From Phycisphaerales bacterium (GTDB taxonomy: Bacteria; Planctomycetota; Phycisphaerae; Phycisphaerales; UBA1924), in contig OZ243106.1 of NCBI GenBank assembly GCA_965212225.1, positions 2,891,374 to 2,955,373 on the forward strand: 64,000 nucleotides of DNA, given 5' to 3'. Positions 55,060-62,976 of this stretch are shown piece after piece. Made by a program: the position numbers and the translations under genes. Numbering within the stretch: position 1 is the first letter of the stretch; the number at the start of each line of letters is the position of its first letter. The notes beneath the pieces were generated by a model. It had not been told where the DNA came from and did no database searches. It saw only the letters and a program-made list of their open reading frames with translations.

Positions 55060-57030
55060 TTACTCACGCCCCGCGAAGCCCAGCGCGTCATCCAGCCAGT
55101 CATCGCCCTTGAGTACCTCGCGCCGGCGCGAATAGGCAATCGCCTCAGCCCGGCGCTGGGCCGATCGCTGCACCAGCGTGACCAACCGCTGGCCCGCCCC
55201 GCTGCGAGCCAGTTTCGCCAGCACCGTACGCAGGCGCGGGAAGAAGCGGCGGGCCAGTTCGTCGTCCAGACTCGAAAAGATCACCACTTCACCCGGATCG
55301 CCCTGACGCCCGCATCGCCCGAAAAGCTGGCGATCGATCCGCGCCGAAAGTGCTCGCCCGGTGGCGATGACGCACAGCCCGCCGCGCTCGACACTCTCGG
55401 GCGCGAGCCGGATGTCCGTGCCGCGACCGGCCATGTTGGTCGCGACGGTGACGCGCCCCGGCTCGCCCGCCCGCGCAACGATCGACGCTTCCTCCTCGTG
55501 GCGCACCGCGTTGAGCACTTGGTGCTCGACGCCCCGCTCCCGAAGCAGCACGCTCAGTCGCTCGCTCTCAGCAACGCTCGACGAACCGATCAGGACCGGC
55601 TGGCCGGCCGAAGCGCGGCGGGCGGCTTCGGCGGCGGTCGCCTCATCGCGCTCGATTGCGCCGGTAAACGCGCGGTCCTTCACCACGCGCCGGCGCGAGG
55701 GCCGGTGCGTCGGCATCGGGACCACCGGCGAGCGGTAGATCCGCACGAACTCGCGGCGCGATTCGAGCGCGGTGCCGGACATGCCCGCAAGGTACGGGTA
55801 CATGCGGAAGAACCGCTGGAAACTGATCCGCGCAACCGTCCGCTTGGCGCTGCGCACCTCCAGCCGCTCCTTGGCCTCGACCGCCTGGTGCATGCCGTCG
55901 CGCCATGTCCGATCGGGCATCGTCCGTCCGGTACTCTCGTCGACGATGACCACCGCGCCGTCGCGGACGATGTAGTGCTGGTCGCGCGTGTACAGGTGCT
56001 CGGCGCTCAGGGCTTGCCGGATCATCGCGTCCCGGTCACGCGGCAGCCGCGCTCCCAGCGCGCCACCCGAGGCAAGGCGATCGATCTCGCCGTTCGCGCG
56101 GGCAAGGAGCCGGATCTCTCGGTGCGCGCGATCGACGCTGAAGTGTTCCCCCTCCGTCAGTTCGAGCGCGATCTGACGGGCCTGCTCGTAACTCTCTGCC
56201 CCGGAGGCCGAGCCGTCATCGGCGGAGATCAGCAGCGGCGTGACGGCGTCGTCGATGAGCACGAAGTCGGCCTCATCCACGATCGCGCAGTGCAGGCCCC
56301 GCTGCAGCGGCTGGGCGACCGCGCGGGGACCGGCGATGAGCACGCGCAGAGCATGCGAACCGACGGCGCGGACCTCCCCGAGCGCAAGGCGGTCGCGCAG
56401 GAAGTCCGCGGCGAGTTCGCGGCTGGTCGAGTAGGTGACATCGGCCGAGTAGGCACGCCGGCGATCATCGGTTCCTGATTCGCCGGTGATGGCTTCGACG
56501 CCGAACCCCAGTCGCTCCAGACACGGCCGGGTCCAGTCAGCGTCGCGCGAGGCGAGGTAGTCGTTCGCCGTCACGACGTGGCAGCCTTTCCGCGCCGCGC
56601 CGAGCAGCGGAGACGCCAGCAGCGCGCTGAGCGTCTTGCCCTCACCCGTGGCCATCTCGACCACGCAGCCGTCGACCATCGCCAGCGCCGCCGCGACCTG
56701 CTCGCGGTGCGCCAGCAGGCCGGTTGTGCGCCGGGCGACTTCGGTCACGAGCGCGAGCGCGGCGACCCGCTCTTCTACCGGTGCGTCGGCGATGCGAGCG
56801 GTCAGTGTCGACCGGGCGCGCGTGTCGAGGTCGGCGTCGCTCAGATGTGCCATCGCCTCGTGCTCGCGGAGCACGCGCTCGCCGAGCGCGAGGTAGCGAC
56901 GGGTCCGCGGCAAGCGGCTGCGCACGATCGCGCCCGCTTCACGCGCGAGAAAATCCAGTCCCTCCGGCTCGCGAACCGGCTCGATGGGCGATCCCAATGC
57001 CCGCCAGGTGGCATCCATCGCGCGGGTCAT
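55060..57030 (-). CDS. SecA-like DEAD-motor ATPase lacking the canonical SecA C-terminal third
   Basis: EMATGEGKTL (Walker A), AIVDEADFVLIDDAVTPLLIS, VATNMAGRGTDI and LFGRCGRQGDPG are near-canonical SecA NBD1/NBD2 motifs. Start ATG at 57030 overlaps the upstream stop (ATGA at 57027..57030). Upstream 158 codons of ORF 55060..57504 are rejected. The protein ends about 90 aa after the GRQGDPG motif. Confidence 0.85.
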   Translation of the reverse strand: MTRAMDATWRALGSPIEPVREPEGLDFLAREAGAIVRSRLPRTRRYLALGERVLREHEAMAHLSDADLDTRARSTLTARIADAPVEERVAALALVTEVARRTTGLLAHREQVAAALAMVDGCVVEMATGEGKTLSALLASPLLGAARKGCHVVTANDYLASRDADWTRPCLERLGFGVEAITGESGTDDRRRAYSADVTYSTSRELAADFLRDRLALGEVRAVGSHALRVLIAGPRAVAQPLQRGLHCAIVDEADFVLIDDAVTPLLISADDGSASGAESYEQARQIALELTEGEHFSVDRAHREIRLLARANGEIDRLASGGALGARLPRDRDAMIRQALSAEHLYTRDQHYIVRDGAVVIVDESTGRTMPDRTWRDGMHQAVEAKERLEVRSAKRTVARISFQRFFRMYPYLAGMSGTALESRREFVRIYRSPVVPMPTHRPSRRRVVKDRAFTGAIERDEATAAEAARRASAGQPVLIGSSSVAESERLSVLLRERGVEHQVLNAVRHEEEASIVARAGEPGRVTVATNMAGRGTDIRLAPESVERGGLCVIATGRALSARIDRQLFGRCGRQGDPGEVVIFSSLDDELARRFFPRLRTVLAKLARSGAGQRLVTLVQRSAQRRAEAIAYSRRREVLKGDDWLDDALGFAGRE

Positions 57031-59210
57031 CGCGGCGCACCGAAGCGTTGCTGGAACTCCTGGCGCACCGCTCGGAGCAGCTGAGCACCCAGCGGCTTGG
57101 GATCTCGCACGAGTCTCACCTGCACACGCTGACCGACGAACAGGCCTTCCGACGACTCCGGGTCGAGGATGATCTCGAAGATCGGTTCCTTGGAGGCCGT
57201 GCCGCGCTCGTCGGTCGGGTCGGTTTCCAGCGAGCCGCCGGCGTTCAGCCCGAGTGACGAGGACGGCAGGTCGCGCCGTCCTGCTTCGCTGATGGAGACA
57301 ACACTGCCTGCCAGCTGCTGAGCCGGTCGCATGACGGGGCGGATTTCGACGGGTCGGTCCAGCGCCTCGACGGTCAGCGATGCGGCGGACGCTTGGGTGA
57401 CCACCGCGCGGATGCGCAGGTCGGCGGGGTCCACGATCTGACCGAGTTTCTCGCCGCGGGTGACGTACGCGCCGAGTGCGCGGTCGCCCACCGGTGAGAC
57501 CCATATCCCGTCGAAGGGCGCGACGGTCGTGAGTCGTTCGAGTTCGTCGGTCGTCTGCTTGTACTGACGTTCGAGGACGCGTTCACGCTGAGCCATGATC
57601 GAGGCGGTGGCGGGGTCGTCGAGACTCGCAAGCCGCCCGGTGCGCGTCGCCTCAAGGCGGGCTGCGACCTGGATAAGCACGGCTCGGGTCTCGTCGTTGG
57701 ACTGCTCCAGCAGCGGCTGGCCGGCTTGTACCCGAGCCGCGTCGGCTTCGATCCAGTGCACGAAGCCATCGGTACCGGCAAAGACATCGGCGGCGCGGCG
57801 GGCATCGACCACGCCGTCGATCCGTACCCGGTCTGGCAGCGGGATGGCTAGGACGACCAACGCCGCCGCAGCGAACGCACCGCCGGTGAGAACTGCAGCG
57901 CGCCGGCGGGTCCGGGCGATCTCGCCGGCGTTCGCGAGGTACTTAACGAGCTGGGCGAAGGGCGCGGAGAACAGGATGACCGCCGCGACCAGCGCCAGCA
58001 CCAGACCGAGCGCGAAGAGCTGACCGGCGACGAAGCGGATGATGACCAGCAGCACAACGACGCGGTAGATCGCCGAGGACACGCCGTAGAACGCGAGCCA
58101 GTTGCGGGCCCGGGTGGAGCGCGCCGGGTCCTTCGGTTCACGGGCCTTGAAGGCGTATTTCTTGACGTAGTAGTAGATCGCCTCGCGGCTGCGCTGGTAC
58201 AGGTTCGGCGCTTCGAAAAGATCGGAGAGGATGTAGTAGCCGTCGTAGCGCAGCAGCGGGTTGGCGTTGAACAAGATCGTCGTTACGCCCGCCAACAGGA
58301 CGGCGTTGTAGGCGAGCGTGTTGACCTGCGAGCCCACGCCGGTCGAGGCCCAGACCAGGGCGGCGACCGAGGCGATCGCCACTTCGAAGTACATGCCCGC
58401 GCCGTTGACGATGATCCGGCGCCAGCGGCTGCGCAGCGTCCAAGACGAGGAAGCATCGACGTACGGGATCGGGAGCAGCACGATCAGCAGCACGCCCAGC
58501 TCGTGGCACTCGCCGGCGGCGCCGGTCGATCGCTCGCGCTTGCCGAGCACCTTGCAAGCGAAGCCGTGGCCGAGTTCGTGGGCGAGTTTGATCACGATGA
58601 AGGTGCCGATGAGCCAACCGAGGTTGGCCGGCGCGAGCACCTGCGAGGACGCCTCAACGAACTCGCCGGCTCGGCGTCCGACGGCGAGCAGCGCGGTGAT
58701 CAGCAGCGCGAGCCAGGCCATCGCGCCCCAGCGCGTGAACAGCGGCGACGCGAGCCACGCCCAGCGATCGAGAAAACCGTCGGGGTCGACGAGCGGGAGC
58801 TGCACGAACAGGAAGCTGCGCAGGCGTCCCTTGATCTCACGCGCGGTGCGGCGCCTGCCGCGACGGAGCAGGGCCTCGGCGTCGGCGGGCGCATCGGCGC
58901 TGAGCAGGTTGTTCGAGTAAAGCTGACCGAGGACCTGCACGGCTTCGCCGCGGGTCGGGGCGTGGTCGCCGATGACGCGCTCGCACTCGGCCAGAGCGTC
59001 TTCGACCGTGCGCGAGCCGTCGAGCAGGCCGACGAAGCGGTAGGCGCTCTCGGAGATGCGGTAGTACTGGCTGGACGCGGCATCTTCTATGACGAACCAC
59101 AGCCGGCCCCGGAAGCGCTGGCGGGTGACATCAACGCCGACCCGAAGGCGCGGTTTGAGCGGGGCGAGGCGGTACCATGAGTCGTGCGATGTGCGGCGCT
59201 CGGTCGTCAT
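57027..59210 (-). CDS. M50-family (site-2-protease-like) zinc metalloprotease fused to a C-terminal HlyD-type membrane-fusion domain
   Basis: HELGHGFACK (HExxH) and FNANPLLRYDGYY (NxxPxxxxDG) in a polytopic core. C-terminal 300 aa has an MFP pattern (VFAGTDGFVHWIEADAARVQAGQPLL..coiled coil..VAPFDGIWVSPV). ATG 59210 is 2 nt after the upstream TAG; a GTG at 59219 would overlap it by 7 nt. Confidence 0.82.
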   Translation of the reverse strand: MTTERRTSHDSWYRLAPLKPRLRVGVDVTRQRFRGRLWFVIEDAASSQYYRISESAYRFVGLLDGSRTVEDALAECERVIGDHAPTRGEAVQVLGQLYSNNLLSADAPADAEALLRRGRRRTAREIKGRLRSFLFVQLPLVDPDGFLDRWAWLASPLFTRWGAMAWLALLITALLAVGRRAGEFVEASSQVLAPANLGWLIGTFIVIKLAHELGHGFACKVLGKRERSTGAAGECHELGVLLIVLLPIPYVDASSSWTLRSRWRRIIVNGAGMYFEVAIASVAALVWASTGVGSQVNTLAYNAVLLAGVTTILFNANPLLRYDGYYILSDLFEAPNLYQRSREAIYYYVKKYAFKAREPKDPARSTRARNWLAFYGVSSAIYRVVVLLVIIRFVAGQLFALGLVLALVAAVILFSAPFAQLVKYLANAGEIARTRRRAAVLTGGAFAAAALVVLAIPLPDRVRIDGVVDARRAADVFAGTDGFVHWIEADAARVQAGQPLLEQSNDETRAVLIQVAARLEATRTGRLASLDDPATASIMAQRERVLERQYKQTTDELERLTTVAPFDGIWVSPVGDRALGAYVTRGEKLGQIVDPADLRIRAVVTQASAASLTVEALDRPVEIRPVMRPAQQLAGSVVSISEAGRRDLPSSSLGLNAGGSLETDPTDERGTASKEPIFEIILDPESSEGLFVGQRVQVRLVRDPKPLGAQLLRAVRQEFQQRFGAPR

Positions 59211-59212
59211 CG

Positions 59213-61132
59213 CTACCACCAGAGTCGCATGCGCAGCCAGTCGGCGAGATCGCGGAACAGCACGCCGCCGAGGTTCGTTCGACCGGTGACGATGCGGGCC
59301 TCGCCTCCCATGCCCGGGCGCAGCCAGTCGGGCGGGTCGATCAGACGCACGCGCACGCGGAACACGTTGCGACCATCGACGACCTCGGCGACCGGCGTGA
59401 TCCGGTCGACTTCGAAGGCGATGCGCCGGTCGGGGTACGACGCGGTAGCGAGCCGTCCGGTCTGGCCGACTTCGACATCGGCGATGCGCGATTCGGGCAC
59501 GCCGACCTCGGCGTAAAGGCGCGACAGGTCGGCGATCTCGAACAGCAGTTGCCCGGTCTGGACCGGCGCGCCGACGAGGCGGTCGATGTCGCCGGAGATG
59601 ACGGTGCCGGAGATCGGTGCGACGAGGCGGGCGCGCTCGAGTTGCTGTTCCAGCAGTGCAACGGTGGCCTCGGTCTCCTCGGCGCGTTTCAGGGCGATGG
59701 CGGCTTCGGCGAGTTTGCCTTCCGAGCGGGCCTTGTTGGCCTCGGTCCGCGCGGACGCGGCTGCGGCTTCGTTGGCGGCGAGTTGGAGAGCGATTTGCTC
59801 GGTGGAGAGCGTCGCGAGGACGGATTCACCGGCCGTGACGCGCTGGTCCACTCGGACCTCAACCGAATCGATGAAGCCGTCGAACGGGGCGGGCACGACC
59901 TGACGCTGGAGCGGCGCGATGCTGAACGCGCCTTTCGCTCGCTCGGGGGCGGGGACGACAATCAGGGCGAGCACGGTCAGGGCGACTGCCGCGGCCGCGA
60001 GCTTGATCCAGGTGTGGGTCGGTCCGAGCACGCCGGCGAGCGTGCGGCGCGCGCTGTCGGCGATCTTCGCGCCGATCCAGCGGTCGCGCTCGCGGGCGTC
60101 GAGCAGGCGGGGCGTCACAAGTTCGCAGAGCACGCGCAGGCCGGCGACCTCGTGATCCTGGAACGGTCGCTCGGCATCGCGCTCGACCAGCAGGACCCCC
60201 ACCACGCGTCCCGCGCTGCGCAGGGGCAGGAGCGTCGCGGCCATGGGGCCCGAGTGCTCGGCGTGGGCGCGGAGGGCGCGGGTGATGACCGGCTGCTCGG
60301 GATCGAGGGGCCAGCGCAACTCCGTGTCCTGATCGAAGCACTCTTCCATCGCGCTGACAATGTCCTGCACGAGACGCATGCGCGTGGAAACTTTCTCGGT
60401 GCCGGAGAGGGCCGCGAGTTTGATGTAGGAACCCCGCGAGGCATCGGCACCGTCGGCCGTCTGGTCATCGCCCTCGGTGGCGACCTGCGGGGCGATGTCG
60501 ATCATGCCCAGCGCGACGCGGTCGAGGTTCAGGCGCGAGGTGAGGTCGTTGACGATGCGATACGCGATCGAGCGGAAACGGTGGAGCGGCGAGACCGCGG
60601 TCGCGATGTCGAGCGCAGCGGTGAGTCGCTCGGTGCGTGCCTGCTCGGCGCGCTCGGCGCGGCGCGACTGGCGCAGCGCGGGGACGAGCGTGAGCAGCTC
60701 GAACCTGTCGCGCAGGGCGCGGGCCTGGGCCGGCTCCACATAGGGGAGCAGTGCGGCGAGGTACAGGTTTCCGGGCGCTTCGGGGAGCGGCGCGGCGACG
60801 ACGGTCGCGCGCATGGGTCCCTGGGCGGTGTCGAGGTTGAGGTCCCGCTGGAACCACTCGTGGTCGGATGTGTGGAGTTCGATGGCGGCTTCGGCGGCGC
60901 GGTCGGCCCACGCCGCGGCGGTGGCGGCTTCGGGCCAGATGGCGATCACATCCGCGCCGCGGGCATCGGGGTTGACGCGGACAACGGCGACGGCGGATGC
61001 GCCGCAGGTGCGTGCGGCGAGCGAGGCGAGTTGATTGAAGTATGCGTTGGGAGCGCCCTCGAAGTCGACCAGTCGCTGCACATCTTCGGGCAGTTGGTCG
61101 GCGGTCTGGGATGGGGCGTGGTACTGGCTCAT
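59213..61132 (-). CDS. GAF-domain-containing HlyD-family membrane-fusion (periplasmic adaptor) protein
   Basis: About 370 cytoplasmic residues with two GAF-like segments (e.g. ATLLPLRSAGRVVGVLLVERD), TM WIKLAAAAVALTVLALIVV, then MFP lipoyl/coiled-coil/barrel (VPAPFDGFIDSVEVRVDQRVTAGESVL...LVAPISGTVISGD). Confidence 0.8.
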   Translation of the reverse strand: MSQYHAPSQTADQLPEDVQRLVDFEGAPNAYFNQLASLAARTCGASAVAVVRVNPDARGADVIAIWPEAATAAAWADRAAEAAIELHTSDHEWFQRDLNLDTAQGPMRATVVAAPLPEAPGNLYLAALLPYVEPAQARALRDRFELLTLVPALRQSRRAERAEQARTERLTAALDIATAVSPLHRFRSIAYRIVNDLTSRLNLDRVALGMIDIAPQVATEGDDQTADGADASRGSYIKLAALSGTEKVSTRMRLVQDIVSAMEECFDQDTELRWPLDPEQPVITRALRAHAEHSGPMAATLLPLRSAGRVVGVLLVERDAERPFQDHEVAGLRVLCELVTPRLLDARERDRWIGAKIADSARRTLAGVLGPTHTWIKLAAAAVALTVLALIVVPAPERAKGAFSIAPLQRQVVPAPFDGFIDSVEVRVDQRVTAGESVLATLSTEQIALQLAANEAAAASARTEANKARSEGKLAEAAIALKRAEETEATVALLEQQLERARLVAPISGTVISGDIDRLVGAPVQTGQLLFEIADLSRLYAEVGVPESRIADVEVGQTGRLATASYPDRRIAFEVDRITPVAEVVDGRNVFRVRVRLIDPPDWLRPGMGGEARIVTGRTNLGGVLFRDLADWLRMRLWW

Positions 61133-61256
61133 GGGATCACGGGGCGGACTGCCCGGCGTGTACCAGTATCGACTACTCGGGGCTGATTATCCGAGCGCGA
61201 GAGCCGGAATGCCCGGTTTGCGGGCAAAAAGACCGGTCTGAGAGAGGATGGGGCGA

Positions 61257-61505
61257 TCAGGCGGCCTGCAGGCCGACGCTGTCGCGGAGGATTCGAATCG
61301 CTTCGTCGTGGTGGCGCTCGACCTGCTCGGCGGTCATGTCGACGGCACCGGCGATCTCGGCATCGGTCATCTGCTCGGCGTAGCGGAGCAGGATGATGAG
61401 TCGTTGCACTCCGCTAAGCGACTTGAGCATCGCGTTTCGGAGCAGTTGCGTCGGTTCGGCACCGGTTGAGGCGTGCTCGACGGATGGCGGTGAGTGTGGG
61501 GCCAT
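61257..61505 (-). CDS. small sigma-70 region-4-only HTH protein
   Basis: 82 aa. LSGVQRLIILLRYAEQMTDAEIAGAVDMTAEQVERHHDEAIRILRDSV matches the region 4.2 pattern of ECF/sigma-70 factors, but regions 2 and 3 are absent. Confidence 0.6.
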   Translation of the reverse strand: MAPHSPPSVEHASTGAEPTQLLRNAMLKSLSGVQRLIILLRYAEQMTDAEIAGAVDMTAEQVERHHDEAIRILRDSVGLQAA

Positions 61506-61699
61506 GGGCCTGGTCCTTCCGTGACCGCTTTGGATGTGCGTGCCGCTGAATCCATTCCGCGGCGTCGGTACGATACCAGCCCCGATAACTCACGCAAGTG
61601 TTTTCGTTCTGCCCACCGCTTGCCCACTTTTTGCGCCTTTGCACACCCCCCGGAACCGGGCGCATGGGCTTCACACGATCCGAACCAGCAGGAGCACGC

Positions 61700-62281
61700 A
61701 TGGCCCGCACGCCCTCGACCATGGCCGAACTCGGCACGCCCGCCAACCACTTCAACCTGACCGACACCGTCAGCGGCGAGACGGTCTCGCTCTCGACCTT
61801 CGCCGGGAAGAAGGGGCTGCTGATCATGTTTATCTGCAACCACTGCCCGTTCGTGGTGCATGTGAAGGATCAACTGGCCAAACTCGGCGAGGACTACAAG
61901 GATGCGGACCTCGGGATCGTGGCGATCAGTTCGAACGATGCGGAGAAGTACCCGGATGACAGCCCGGAGAAGATGAAGGCGTTCGCCGCGGCGAACGGGT
62001 TCTCGTTCCCGTATCTGTTCGACGAGGACCAGAGCGTGGCGAAGATGTACAAGGCCTCGTGCACACCGGACTTCTTCCTGTACGACGAATCGCGCCTGCT
62101 GGCGTATCGTGGTCAGCTGGATTCGTCGCGACCGGGCAACGACGAGCCGAACGACGGCGCGGACCTGCGCGCGGCGATCGACGCGGTGCTGCGCGGCGAG
62201 ACACCGAGCGCGGAGCAGATGCCGAGCATCGGTTGCAACATCAAGTGGAAGCCGGGGAACGAGCCGGAGTACTTCGGCTGA
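61700..62281 (+). CDS. thioredoxin-fold AhpC/TSA-like thiol-disulfide oxidoreductase
   Basis: AGGAG RBS 5 nt before ATG 61700. GKKGLLIMFICNHCPFV (CxxC) and ISSND...YPDDSPEKM..FPYLFDEDQSVAK motifs. Confidence 0.8.
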   Translation: MARTPSTMAELGTPANHFNLTDTVSGETVSLSTFAGKKGLLIMFICNHCPFVVHVKDQLAKLGEDYKDADLGIVAISSNDAEKYPDDSPEKMKAFAAANGFSFPYLFDEDQSVAKMYKASCTPDFFLYDESRLLAYRGQLDSSRPGNDEPNDGADLRAAIDAVLRGETPSAEQMPSIGCNIKWKPGNEPEYFG

Positions 62282-62293
62282 TCGGAGGCGGGA

Positions 62294-62821
62294 TCAGCCG
62301 GCGCGGTTGAGCTGATCGGGTTCGAGCGCGAGCTTGAGCGCCTGCGGGAGCGCATCGTGGGCCGTTTTGGTGCGCGATCGAGCGTGCGAGAGCGCGGCGC
62401 GTGCGGCTCTGGCGGATTCGATGCGGTCCTTGGCGCGCTGGGCGAGGACCGCCTTGGCGCGCTTGAACTCGGCGATGCGGGCGCGGTCGGCGGAGGATTC
62501 GGATCCTCGGAGGGATTCGATCTCGTCGTCGATCATGGACTGCTCCTGGCTGATTTCATCGAGGTCGTCACCGACGGAGGCGAGGTTCTGTAGCGCGGCG
62601 GTCTCGGTAGAGAGCGCGACGATCTCGGCGCGCTGGGTGAGGGCAGTGCGCAGGCGCTGGAGGGATCGCTGGACCTCGGGCCTTTCGATGAGTTCGAGCA
62701 GGTCGGCCATGCTGAGCTGCATGCGGGCGGCGATGCCGGGAAGTGTGGCCCCGTCCTGGAGAAGGGCTTTGAGGAGGGTGTCGAGGACGGCGGGGTCGGT
62801 TTGATTGGTTTTTGTTTGCAT
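62294..62821 (-). CDS. hypothetical helical/coiled-coil protein
   Basis: ATG 62821 (MQTKTNQTDPAVLDTLLKALL...). Ala/Arg/Glu-rich helices with no recognisable domain. ORF maximum is 62932. Confidence 0.5.
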   Translation of the reverse strand: MQTKTNQTDPAVLDTLLKALLQDGATLPGIAARMQLSMADLLELIERPEVQRSLQRLRTALTQRAEIVALSTETAALQNLASVGDDLDEISQEQSMIDDEIESLRGSESSADRARIAEFKRAKAVLAQRAKDRIESARAARAALSHARSRTKTAHDALPQALKLALEPDQLNRAG

Positions 62822-62920
62822 GGGGGCATTGTGCAACGCGGGCAGGGTCGAGGCAAGGGGCTTGTTTGGGTTTTTGCAGGGTCGGCGGCAGGGTGGTGTC
62901 ACTGGGCGAGGGTATTGAAT

Positions 62921-62953
62921 GGTGTGATTCAAAATTGAATTTTGGATTACACC
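62921..62953. repeat. AT-rich 33-bp imperfect palindrome in divergent intergenic region
   Basis: GGTGTGATTCAAAATTGAATTTTGGATTACACC; 28 of 33 positions are self-complementary. It lies between the divergent starts at 62821 and 62977 and stands out against the GC-rich background. Confidence 0.6.
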
Positions 62954-62976
62954 ATATCTGCCGATAGAATGCCCAT

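Noticed and set aside
57031-57504. 158-codon upstream extension of the SecA-like ORF
   Set aside because: It overlaps the 3' end of the M50-HlyD gene and translates to Arg-rich sequence. SecA-like homology starts after the ATG at 57030, which overlaps the upstream stop.
61133-61256. AGACCGGTCT palindrome followed by a T-run on the minus strand, between the sigma-region-4 gene and the GAF-adaptor gene, as a terminator or attenuator
   Set aside because: The stem is at most 3-4 bp once a loop is allowed, which is too weak to call. The genes are more simply read as co-transcribed.
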